DNA from: an uncultured delta proteobacterium
Lineage (GTDB): Bacteria; Desulfobacterota; Binatia; Binatales; Binataceae
Length of the DNA stretch: 64,000 nucleotides
Direction: 5' to 3'
Assembly: GCA_963842085.1 (NCBI GenBank)
Contig: CAWJET010000001.1
Coordinates: forward strand, 2,688,001 to 2,752,000
Position 1 is the first letter of the stretch; each line of letters starts with the position of its first letter. Below the pieces are notes generated by a model that saw only the letters and a list, made by a program, of their open reading frames with translations, ran no database searches and was not told the origin of the DNA. Positions 29,444-38,523 of the stretch are shown piece after piece. A program made the position numbers and the translations under genes.

Positions 29444-32021
29444 TCGGCCGTATCTGCTCTGGCTGCTGGTGCTCGTGCCGCTGGCCGCGACGCCGGGAAT
29501 TCTCGCGATGCGCGCCGGATTGCGTCTGGCGGGCGCTGCGGCTGCGACCCTTCGCGCGGCGTGCGTCGTAGCTCTGGTCGCGATGCTCGCGGGGCTGCGC
29601 ATTCCGGGACGAATCGCTGCGCGGAGCGTCGTGGTAGTCGCGGCGCTCGACGAGTCGCGTTCGGTGTCGCCCGATCAACAGGATTGGATGCGCAGCCAGA
29701 TCGAACGGCTGAAGTCCTCGATGGCTCCGACCGACCGGCTTGCGATTGTCGGCTTTGGCCGCGACGCGCGGCTGCTGGCGCCGTTGACCGATCCCCGGCT
29801 GTTGGGTCACTTCGGCGACGGTGTCGATGGGGGAGCCACCAACATTGCCGGCGCGCTTACCGCGGCTGAGAGCCTTTTCCCGTCGGAGGCGGACAAGCGA
29901 ATCGTGTTGCTGAGCGACGGCAACGAGACCGAGGATTCCGCGATGACGGAAGTTCCTGCGATGCTCGAGGATGATGTGCGAATCTTCGCCGCCGCGCCGC
30001 CGCCATCGGCGAGCGAGAGAATCGCGGTCACCAATTTCTATTCCCCGGACACGGTCCGCGCCGATCAGCAGTTTGCATTCAGAATCGACGTTGAAAGTGA
30101 ATCGCAGTCTCCCGTTGTCGCCCTGCTCAAGCTCGACCGCGATGGCGTCGCGGTCGGCGGTGAATCGATTACGCTCAAGCCGGGGCTGAACCGCTTCGAG
30201 CTGCCGTATCGGCTGGCGCGCCCGGGCGCATACCTGATGAGCGCGGAAGTGTCGATTGCTGCGCCGCGGGTGGCGCTGAATCCGCGGGTCGAGGCCGCGA
30301 TTTCGGTGACCGGCGCGCCGCGGATTCTCATCGCCTCGGCCACGCCGCCGGAAAGCCTCGTGACCGCGCTCAGGATGCGCAACTACCGGATAGATTTCGT
30401 GTCGCCACGCAGCCTGAGCGAGCACCCGGCGGACTACCTGCCTTATCAACTGGTGATCCTCGACGATGTACCCGAGGGCTCACTGACGCCCGCGGCGCAG
30501 CACGCCCTGAATCGCTACGTTGCCGACTACGGCGGCGGACTGGTCGCCACGGGCGACACCTTGCGCGACGACAAACTAGCCGGCGGCGAGCTGGAAAAAG
30601 CATTGCCGGTGAAGTTCGTGCCGCAGCCGCCGCCCCCGTCGCGCGAGCCGATCGCCGTTTATCTATGCATCGATCGCTCGAACTCGATGAGCTACGACTC
30701 GCGCTATCCGGCGGTGCGCGATGGCGAGCGTATCCGCTACGCCAAGCAAGCGGCCATCGCCTTGCTGCGCCAGCTCGACGACACCGACTTCGCCGGCGTG
30801 ATCGCCTTCGATTCGCAGCCGTACGTGCTCGCGCATCTGCAGCCGCTCGGCGACGATCGCGGCGAGCTCGAGAACCGCATCGACCGCCTGCAACCCGGCG
30901 GCGGCACCGACTTCAAGGAAGCGCTCGAAATCGCGGAACGTGAGATTCTGCAAAGCGGCATCCCGGTGCGCCAGGTGATTCTGCTCACCGACGGCGACAC
31001 CAACCGCCAGTACCACGACCACGACGATCTGATCGCCGAATTCGCCCGCCAGCACATCCCGGTCTCGACCATCCGCATCGGCCCCGACCTCGCCAATCTG
31101 CAACTGCTGCAGGACTTCGCGCAGGCGACCGGCGGCATCTTCTATCGCGTGCAGGATATCGAGAAGCTGCCGCTGCTGCTGGTCGGGCTCACGCGCGAGG
31201 CGATGAACCGGCGCAAGCAGGATCGCACTACCGTCGAGGCCGGCCAGGCGTCCGCGATGCTCTCCGGCATTACCATCAAGGAGATTCCGCCGATCGATTT
31301 TTTCGCCGCGGCCGAGCCCAAGGACGGTGCGCAAGTCGCGCTCAAGATCGTGCGCGCCGACAAAACTGCACCGCTGCTCGCGTCGTGGCAATATGGACTC
31401 GGCCGCACCGCGATTTTCGCCGCCGATCCCGATTCGCTCGGCACGCTTAGCTGGATTCGATGGAACCGCTACGCGGAATTCTGGTCGCAGATGGCGGGCT
31501 GGACGATGCGCCAGGGCGACTCCGGGATGTTCACGATGCGCGCCCACGGCGCACCTGACGGCTCGATCAGCGTCGAGGCTGAGAAGGCCGATCCCAATCC
31601 CGCGAGCAACCTGGTCTGCCGGATCACAGGACCGCGGCGGGCCGTCGATGTTGCGATGACCGAGACCGACGCCTCGGTCTATCGCGGCGAAGTCGGGCCG
31701 CTGCCACGCGGCAAGTACGTCGCGACGCTGATGTTCAAGGCGGGCGATTCCGAAAAAGTCCTCGAGCAGCGCGAATTCGCCGCCGCCGGATCGATTCCAG
31801 CCGACGGCGCCGAGTTGCGCATCAAGCCGCCCAATCTCGAACTCTTGCGCCGGCTATCGACCGCGACGCACGGCGCGTTCGACGCTCCCGCCGCGACGAT
31901 TGCCCGCCACAGCGGTCGGACCGTGGCATTTCGCCATAGCGCGAATTCGTGGCTGATTCCAATTGTCATTATGCTGTTCCTGGGAGAAGTTTTCGTGCGA
32001 CGCCGCTATCTCGAAAATTGA
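29436..32021 (+). CDS. Double vWA domain protein with glutamine amidotransferase-like segment
   Basis: DESRS, LLSDG, DRSNSM, GGGTD, LLTDG, WQYGLGR. Confidence 0.85.
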   Translation: MFDRPYLLWLLVLVPLAATPGILAMRAGLRLAGAAAATLRAACVVALVAMLAGLRIPGRIAARSVVVVAALDESRSVSPDQQDWMRSQIERLKSSMAPTDRLAIVGFGRDARLLAPLTDPRLLGHFGDGVDGGATNIAGALTAAESLFPSEADKRIVLLSDGNETEDSAMTEVPAMLEDDVRIFAAAPPPSASERIAVTNFYSPDTVRADQQFAFRIDVESESQSPVVALLKLDRDGVAVGGESITLKPGLNRFELPYRLARPGAYLMSAEVSIAAPRVALNPRVEAAISVTGAPRILIASATPPESLVTALRMRNYRIDFVSPRSLSEHPADYLPYQLVILDDVPEGSLTPAAQHALNRYVADYGGGLVATGDTLRDDKLAGGELEKALPVKFVPQPPPPSREPIAVYLCIDRSNSMSYDSRYPAVRDGERIRYAKQAAIALLRQLDDTDFAGVIAFDSQPYVLAHLQPLGDDRGELENRIDRLQPGGGTDFKEALEIAEREILQSGIPVRQVILLTDGDTNRQYHDHDDLIAEFARQHIPVSTIRIGPDLANLQLLQDFAQATGGIFYRVQDIEKLPLLLVGLTREAMNRRKQDRTTVEAGQASAMLSGITIKEIPPIDFFAAAEPKDGAQVALKIVRADKTAPLLASWQYGLGRTAIFAADPDSLGTLSWIRWNRYAEFWSQMAGWTMRQGDSGMFTMRAHGAPDGSISVEAEKADPNPASNLVCRITGPRRAVDVAMTETDASVYRGEVGPLPRGKYVATLMFKAGDSEKVLEQREFAAAGSIPADGAELRIKPPNLELLRRLSTATHGAFDAPAATIARHSGRTVAFRHSANSWLIPIVIMLFLGEVFVRRRYLEN

Positions 32022-32035
32022 CGATTGAGCAGATC

Positions 32036-32593
32036 ATGAAAATTTCCGCCGCCGATCTTCCTCATCTTCTCGCGGCTGCCGTTCTCATGGCCGCCGTGGC
32101 CGTGCCCGCCGCGACCGCCCGCGCGGCCACGTCAGCTCGCGACGCCGACGCCCTGGCCAAGGCCACTTACATCTATATTGCGACGGTCCGCAAAGACGGC
32201 AACCAGAGCAAAGCCGCGCCGGTCTGGTTCATCACGACCGCCGACAACCAGGTCCTGATCGAAACCTCGCCGACCAGTTGGAAAGCCAAACGAATCAAGC
32301 GCGGCAGCCCGGCGCTCATCTGGATCGGCTCGAGCACCGGCCCGGCGTTAATCGGCAAAGCGGAAATCGTCCAGGACGAGACGCTGCAGGACGAGGTGAT
32401 CGAGCAGTATCCCAAGAAATACCTGCTCGCGCGAATCGGTTTTGCGCGTCCCTCACGCGCCAAGCTGGATTCGGGCCAAATAGTCGTGATCCGAATTTCG
32501 CCGGCGCGCGATTTGCCCGACGGATTTCAGTCCACGCCTGGCACTCCTGCGCCCCTCCTTGACGAGAAGCCAAAGCCCGCTACCGCCCAATAG
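32036..32593 (+). CDS. PPOX/PNPOx-like split-barrel flavin/deazaflavin protein with signal peptide
   Basis: YIATVRKDG...PVWF, SWKAKRI, YPKKY; N-terminal LLAAAVLMAAVAVPAATARA. Confidence 0.72.
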   Translation: MKISAADLPHLLAAAVLMAAVAVPAATARAATSARDADALAKATYIYIATVRKDGNQSKAAPVWFITTADNQVLIETSPTSWKAKRIKRGSPALIWIGSSTGPALIGKAEIVQDETLQDEVIEQYPKKYLLARIGFARPSRAKLDSGQIVVIRISPARDLPDGFQSTPGTPAPLLDEKPKPATAQ

Positions 32594-32637
32594 AGCGCGT
32601 CTTGAAATTGGCTTCCTATTAGGCCAGCATCCTGCCT

Positions 32638-33575
32638 ATGCGTTCAGTTCGACTGGGTATGGCTTTGGTCGTCATCGCGTTGCTAACCAGCACGACCGGC
32701 TTTGCGGAGGACTTCGGATCGCTGCGGGTGTCGGAGGCCGATTTGCTTACACCCGCGCAGCATCAATTCGACGTCGAGGTTGGCGACACCTATCAGTTCC
32801 TGGTTGGCAACAACACGCTCCGCCGCCGCATCAACTCGTTTCCCGACAGCGCGATCAGTTTGCAGCACGATCAGGGCGTCTCGCAGATGCAGGTGCCCGA
32901 AGTGCTGGCCACATTCTGGTTCGACGACGTCAACGCGGCGCAGTTCCAGTTCAGATACTTCGGCATCTACGGCAGCAAATTTGAAACTCAGCCGCTCGCG
33001 TTTGGCGGGACGATTATCTCCCCGAATCAGAAGCTGAATCCCGGCGGCACGCGCTGGTACACGTTCGGTGGATACTACGAGCGCCGCCTGACGCCGCTGT
33101 ATCAGGATCGCGAAGATGGATTGCCGCAGTTTCTGCAGGGATGGGACTCGCGCGCAAAGCTCGGCCTCGAGTTCACCTACAACGATTATCGAATCAACGA
33201 CGGGTCGCCGAACTTCAGCCAATTCTCGCAGTACGAAGCCCGAATCCGTTTCCACGACAAGGGACTGCCGATTCCGGTGATCGGTATCGAGGAGCGGCAT
33301 TGGCTGGGGGCCAACTTCGCGTTCGAGGTGACCGCGCAAGGCTATTGGGCCAACGGAATTCAGGCCGCAGCGAGGGCGGCACGGTCTACGACTCCCAATC
33401 GGGTTTCGAGACTCACTGGCGCGTCATTTACTCAAACCGGGAGTGGCGCGGCTTCGCCCCATTTGCCGGCCTGAATTACTACTACTCGAAGTACACGCAG
33501 ACGTCGTCGGGGGTGGGCAACTTCCTGCGCGTGCAGATGTACGGTCCTGAAGTCGGCTTCAACTGGAGCATCTGA
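32638..33575 (+). pseudogene. Exported, probable outer-membrane beta-barrel protein with a frameshift near 33355
   Basis: Signal peptide; beta-rich sequence to GYWAN continues in another frame as NSGRSEGGTVY...YGPEVGFNWSI-stop. Confidence 0.65.
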
Positions 33576-33630
33576 TCCCCGCGCGAAATAGTGGCTGGCC
33601 TCATACGCGCCGCGGAGTAAGATCAGGATC

Positions 33631-34029
33631 GTGGCGAATGATTCCGCATACGCGCTGATCAAGTGCGCGCTCAATTGCCGATGTCCGCTCTGCCGTAATG
33701 GCGCGATTTTCCGCTCGCACTTCACAATGAATCGCGAATGCCCGCGATGCCACGCCGTGTTCTGGAAAGATCCGGGAGAGACCTTGGGCGCGATGTATCT
33801 CGACTTCGCCGTGGCCGCCGGCTCGTTCCTGGCGTGCTGGGCGCTCCTCGCCCTCGCCACGCACCTTTCTGACGTCGTCGAAATTTTCATTCTGTGCGCC
33901 ATCGCATGCGGCAGCGTGCTGCTCTGCTACCCGCTCACCCGCAGCGCCTGGACCGTGCTGGTCTATTTATCGGGCGGCATCGAGCGCCCGCCCTTGCGCA
34001 CTATCCAGGGCGGCAAGAAATCGGCCTGA
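33631..34029 (+). CDS. DUF983-like zinc-finger membrane protein
   Basis: RCPLC..G.IF..F.MN.ECPRC followed by two TM helices. Confidence 0.75.
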   Translation: MANDSAYALIKCALNCRCPLCRNGAIFRSHFTMNRECPRCHAVFWKDPGETLGAMYLDFAVAAGSFLACWALLALATHLSDVVEIFILCAIACGSVLLCYPLTRSAWTVLVYLSGGIERPPLRTIQGGKKSA

Positions 34030-34039
34030 TCATTCTGTT

Positions 34040-34081
34040 TCCTCTCCCTGCAAGGGAGAGGATGACGGTGAGGGTACAGCG
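34040..34081. repeat. BoxC-like palindromic repeat between convergent genes
   Basis: TCCTCTCCCT-GCA-AGGGAGAGGA..GGTGAGGGTACAGCG. Confidence 0.65.
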
Positions 34082-34116
34082 CGCATTTTTCCGCACGATT
34101 CAAGCTTCTGCGTATC

Positions 34117-35319
34117 TTACGAATTTTTCCTGCTCTCGAATTTCGAACGCGCTGCCAGTTTCTCCTGCAGATGGCTCAGCCGCTCGGCCGCTGCCGCAAT
34201 CGTCTCGTCGCTTTTCGAAAACGTGAATCGAATCTTCCGATGCCCTAATTCCGCCCGATGGTAAAAGCTTGAACCGGGCACTGCGGCGACTCCCACTTGG
34301 TCGAGCAGGAAGTCTGCTGCCGCAAAATCGTCTTTGAATCCTAGCCCGCCGATCTCCGCCACGATGTAGTACGCGCCGTCGGGCTTGCTGCATTCCAGGC
34401 CCGCCCGCGTGAGCGCCGCGTACAGCGCGCCGCGTTTGCGCTCGTACATCGCGGTCAGCGCCGCGTAAAACGATTCCGGCAGGCGCAGCGCGACGGCGCC
34501 GGCTTCCTGCAGCGGATGCGGCGCGCCGACGGTCAAAAAGTCGTGCACCTTGCGAATCGCCGCTGTGATTCTTTCGCTGGCGATCGCGTACGCCAGCCGC
34601 CATCCCGTGATCGAATAGGTCTTCGACAGCCCGCTGATCGTCACCGTCCGCTCGGCCATTCCCGCAAGGCTCGCGATCGAGATGTGGCGCGCGCCGCCGT
34701 AAATGATGTGCTCGTAAATTTCGTCCGTGATCGCCAGCGTGTCATGGCGTTGGCATAACGCGGCGATCGTTTCGAGCTCGGCGCGGGTGAACACCTTGCC
34801 GCTCGGATTGTGCGGAGTGTTGATCACGATTGCCTTGGTGCGCGGCCCGAACGCCGCTTCGAGCTCGGCGCGATCGATCGAAAAATCCGGGTCGCGCAGC
34901 ACCACGTAGCGCGGCGTCGCACCGGCCAGGATCACGTCGGGGCCGTAGTTCTCGTAGAACGGCTCGAAGATGATCACCTCGTCGCCCGGGTTGATCACCG
35001 CCAGCATCGTCGCGATCATCGCCTCGGTCGCGCCGCAGGTCACCGTGATGTTGCGGTCGGGATCGCACGCGATGCCGTTGTAGCTGCGCACCTTGTCCGC
35101 GATGGCGCGCCGGAAATTCGGCGAGCCGTGCGTGATCGCGTACTGATTGTATTCCTCGTCGATCGCGCGCTTGGCCGCTTCCTTGATTTCGGCCGGCGCC
35201 GCGAAGTCGGGAAATCCCTGCGCCAGGTTCACCGCGCCGCAGTTGAGCGCCCGCCGCGTCATCTCGCGGATTACAGATTCGGTAAACAGCCGGGTCTTGG
35301 CGGAAATGTCAGTCGGCAT
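34117..35319 (-). CDS. PLP-dependent aminotransferase class I/II (YbdL/DapC-like)
   Basis: NLAQGFPDF, NTPHNPSG, DEIYEH, SKTYSITGWR. Confidence 0.92.
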   Translation of the reverse strand: MPTDISAKTRLFTESVIREMTRRALNCGAVNLAQGFPDFAAPAEIKEAAKRAIDEEYNQYAITHGSPNFRRAIADKVRSYNGIACDPDRNITVTCGATEAMIATMLAVINPGDEVIIFEPFYENYGPDVILAGATPRYVVLRDPDFSIDRAELEAAFGPRTKAIVINTPHNPSGKVFTRAELETIAALCQRHDTLAITDEIYEHIIYGGARHISIASLAGMAERTVTISGLSKTYSITGWRLAYAIASERITAAIRKVHDFLTVGAPHPLQEAGAVALRLPESFYAALTAMYERKRGALYAALTRAGLECSKPDGAYYIVAEIGGLGFKDDFAAADFLLDQVGVAAVPGSSFYHRAELGHRKIRFTFSKSDETIAAAAERLSHLQEKLAARSKFESRKNS

Positions 35320-35440
35320 GAGTCAGTTGTCGCAGTCTAACCGCGCATGCGTGCGCGCGACAACTTGCGCGAGATGAGCTTGAAATCGAAAACTAACTGC
35401 GGACTACGATTCGTGAAAAAATTACGCTCGTGAAAGCCCG

Positions 35441-35644
35441 CTAATCGGCCGCTTCTTCTTCCAGCACGCCGGGCCCCTGCCGAAGCCGCCACTCATCGAT
35501 TACCTCGACGTTGAAGCGCCAGTCGCTTCCGATCTTGAAACCGGGCAACTGGCCCTTCTTTAGCAGACGATAGATTGTCGAGCGATGCACTCGCAGATAT
35601 TCGGCTAGCTCGTTGACTGTTAGGACTTTCGTCGAGGATGGCAT
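35441..35644 (-). CDS. Stand-alone excisionase-like HTH_17 DNA-binding protein
   Basis: LTVNELAEYLRVHRSTIYRL...LPGFKIGSDWRF; SD AGAGGA. Confidence 0.88.
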   Translation of the reverse strand: MPSSTKVLTVNELAEYLRVHRSTIYRLLKKGQLPGFKIGSDWRFNVEVIDEWRLRQGPGVLEEEAAD

Positions 35645-35835
35645 CCGTTCATTTCCTCTTTAATGGGCCTATCCGTCCCTAGGCTGGCAAATAGACTATC
35701 ATAAAAGTTGAACTGCGCTATAGACCCTCTTATTGGACTATTTCCTGCATAAAATCAAGCCCCAGGTAGAATTTACAAAGCCCGTTTGCACTATTCGGCA
35801 CAGAATCGCGCGCTTTTTCGTGCTTTGGGAACGAT

Positions 35836-37296
35836 CTAGCCGAACAGTCGGTTGGCGGCTTCCCTCAGCTCCGCGCGATGATCCGGGTGAGCAATCGCGA
35901 TCAGTTCGGCGGCGCGCTCGCGATGGTTCTTGCCGAGCAGCCGCGCGATTCCGAATTCCGTAACCACCGTGTCGGCGAAATAGCGCGGCACTGTTACCAG
36001 CGCGCCGGCTTCGAGTTGCGGCACGACGCGCGAGATCGCGCCGCCGACCGCGGTCGATTGCAGCAGCGTAATGGCGCGGCCGCCGGGGCATAGAAACGCG
36101 CCGATATGAGTTTCCGGCTGTCCTCCCGTCCCGTTCATCATTCGCGCGCCGAGCACGCTCTCCGAATTGATCTGTCCGGTCAGATCGATCGCGAGCGCAT
36201 TGTTGATCGACGTCTGCCGGTAATTCGCGGACAGCGTCGCGATCTTGAGCACGTACTCGGGATCGTAAAGCTCGAACGCCGGGTTGTCGTCGATTATGCG
36301 CAAGTCGTCGGGATCCGAGCCCGACCACGCGACCGCCACCGCCTTGCCGCGATGGCTCGTCTTGCGCCGCCCGTTGATGATTCCCGCGTCAACCAGTCGC
36401 GCGATTCCCGGCGCGACCATTTCGGTGTGAAGCCCCAGGTCGTGCTTGGTGTCGAACGCGCCCAGCCGCGGCATCTGCGAGCTGGGGTCTCCGACTCCGA
36501 TCTGGATCGTCGCGCCGTCTTCGAGGAGTTCGCTCAGGTATCCCGCTATCGCCTTGAACTCCGCGGGCGGTGGCGTAAGGCCGAGCAACACGCGCAAATT
36601 CGCAAGTGGAGTGCGTTGCAGATACTGGACCAGCGGCCAGATCCGTTCGACGCCCACTTCCGCGATTACCGCGCGGATGCCTTCGCGCTTGTCGGCGTCC
36701 ATTGCCGCCAGCGCATTCTCGATCGCATTCAGGTCGGGCGGTGGCGGAGTTCCCTCGACGAAATAATTGAACTCCGAGACATGCATGTAAACGTCGCCGT
36801 AGGTGCGCGTCATGCTCGCGTCAACTTCGGCGATCGCGTGGCGCGCGCGCCGCGCGTACATCCGCTTGTTCCACTGATGCGGCCCGAAGCTGACGAAGCC
36901 CTTGGCATTGGGCGTGGTAACGTTGACGAACGTGAAATCCACCGGCTTGTCTTCGGCGGGCCGCTCGTCGTGCGGCTTGAAACCGGTCGAAAATAAATTG
37001 GGCAGGTAGGTGGCCGCATTTCGGTCGTGCACCGGACGTCCCATATTGCCGATAAACAGCTCGAACTCGATCTTGAAATGCGCCGCGGCTTCTCCGCCGA
37101 GCCATCCCGGATCGATCAGCGGTGACGACATCCTGAGATCAACCACGCCGCCTATTTGCCTGCCCCGCGCCGCCAGCGCGCGCTGCATCACGGTGCCCGC
37201 CGCGAGCGGGAAAACCACTCGCATCCCCGTTTTTACCATCGCGGCCGCTTCCTCGGCCGCAATCGTGCGCGATCGGTAGTACTCCTGCCAGTTCAT
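35836..37296 (-). CDS. Acetyl-CoA hydrolase/transferase family (4-hydroxybutyrate CoA-transferase-like)
   Basis: Start MNWQEYY; DGATIQIGVG, DLGLHTEM, INNALAIDLTGQ, GTGGQ, VVTEFGIA. Confidence 0.88.
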   Translation of the reverse strand: MNWQEYYRSRTIAAEEAAAMVKTGMRVVFPLAAGTVMQRALAARGRQIGGVVDLRMSSPLIDPGWLGGEAAAHFKIEFELFIGNMGRPVHDRNAATYLPNLFSTGFKPHDERPAEDKPVDFTFVNVTTPNAKGFVSFGPHQWNKRMYARRARHAIAEVDASMTRTYGDVYMHVSEFNYFVEGTPPPPDLNAIENALAAMDADKREGIRAVIAEVGVERIWPLVQYLQRTPLANLRVLLGLTPPPAEFKAIAGYLSELLEDGATIQIGVGDPSSQMPRLGAFDTKHDLGLHTEMVAPGIARLVDAGIINGRRKTSHRGKAVAVAWSGSDPDDLRIIDDNPAFELYDPEYVLKIATLSANYRQTSINNALAIDLTGQINSESVLGARMMNGTGGQPETHIGAFLCPGGRAITLLQSTAVGGAISRVVPQLEAGALVTVPRYFADTVVTEFGIARLLGKNHRERAAELIAIAHPDHRAELREAANRLFG

Positions 37297-37405
37297 TTGT
37301 GCATTCCATTTTTTGACGATCAGCGTCTTCGAGCCGACACAATGGCCCAAACCTGCCGACGCTGGCAAACTTGTCCGCCTCCACCCGAGCGGTTAGCTTT
37401 CGAGC

Positions 37406-37999
37406 ATGCTCATTGCCGACGGCGAATTCCGCTACGACATCCGCCGTGCCGGCGAGGTGATAGCCGTTGAAACTGAAACCCTGGCCGCGGGACGGATTCA
37501 CGGCCTTCGGCATCCGGCGAGCGGCTCCAACGTTTACGAAGTCGAAGCCGAGCTCGACGACACCGCGCTTGTCCGCCGCTTGGTCGTTAGCTACAGCCGC
37601 GGCCCCTTCACTCGCAACGCGACCTACGAATCAGCCGACGGTTTTCTGCGCGGCAACGTCAGCGCGGGGGGCAGCCGCAACGACTTGACCACCAAGCTCG
37701 GGCGCTACGGCGAAGTGGACGCTGACCTGGTCATCTTCCGCGCCCTGACCATCGCGCATGTCCGCGAACGGGGGCAGACACGATGGACCGGGCGGGTGGC
37801 GGCGATCGATCCGAATACGCTCGTCGCCGCGACCAGCAAGCAATCGTGCCGGCAGCGTGGCAACGATCCGTACGTGTGGATTTTCGAGCCGCGGATGGGC
37901 GACTCCGAGGAAATTGAGATTGACGACGCGGGACACGTGCTACGACGCCGTGATTCACGCGGCATCGAAACCGTGCTGGTCTCGACGTCTCCCTGCTAG
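37406..37999 (+). CDS. Hypothetical beta-rich protein
   Basis: 197-aa ORF filling the gap between flanking genes with host-like codon bias; no motif recognised. Confidence 0.6.
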   Translation: MLIADGEFRYDIRRAGEVIAVETETLAAGRIHGLRHPASGSNVYEVEAELDDTALVRRLVVSYSRGPFTRNATYESADGFLRGNVSAGGSRNDLTTKLGRYGEVDADLVIFRALTIAHVRERGQTRWTGRVAAIDPNTLVAATSKQSCRQRGNDPYVWIFEPRMGDSEEIEIDDAGHVLRRRDSRGIETVLVSTSPC

Positions 38000-38006
38000 G
38001 CGCCCC

Positions 38007-38348
38007 TCACGCCGCCAGCTTCTTCGTCGGCATCTTGCAATCGCCGTCGAACTGCGCGCCCTCGTTGAGCACCAGGCTCGGCGTGCTGATCGTGCATTGC
38101 ACTCGCGCCGTCGCCATCAACTCTACGCGTTCGCGCGCCGTCACTTCGCCGCTGAAGGCGCCCGCAATCGTCACCTTGCTCGCGGAAATCCGCGCGCTCA
38201 CCACCGCGCCGGCCGCGATTACAACTTCCTCTCCGGTGATCTCGCCTTCCGCTTCGCCTTCGATTTTCACCGGGCCGCGAAAATTGAGTTTGCCCGAAGC
38301 CTTGGTGCCTTTTCCGATTCGTGATTCGAATTCTTCGTTGAGCGCCAT
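38007..38348 (-). CDS. Bactofilin (polymer-forming cytoskeletal protein)
   Basis: IGKGT..SGKL.F.GPVKIEG...GEI...VVIAAGAVV...EGAQFDGDCKM. Confidence 0.88.
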   Translation of the reverse strand: MALNEEFESRIGKGTKASGKLNFRGPVKIEGEAEGEITGEEVVIAAGAVVSARISASKVTIAGAFSGEVTARERVELMATARVQCTISTPSLVLNEGAQFDGDCKMPTKKLAA

Positions 38349-38523
38349 ATGCTGATTGCCTTTCCCGGTTGGGGGTTTCACTATTGCGGGAATGAGCAAG
38401 CACACGCAATCCTTCCTGGCCGGATCGCAAATGTGAATGAAACATTAAGTAGTGCGCCGTAAGTCGCTTGCACGCGTCATGTCGCGCAGCGCAATGTTTT
38501 TCAACAAGGAGACTCTGCTTCAA

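Noticed and set aside
35325-35365. 9-bp inverted repeat AGTTGTCGC-N23-GCGACAACT upstream of the aminotransferase
   Set aside because: The repeat is real but single-copy, with an odd spacer and no assignable regulator; too weak to call.
35441-35644. Excisionase-like gene as a sign of a prophage or ICE
   Set aside because: No integrase, att site, tRNA or phage genes nearby; it behaves as a stand-alone regulator.
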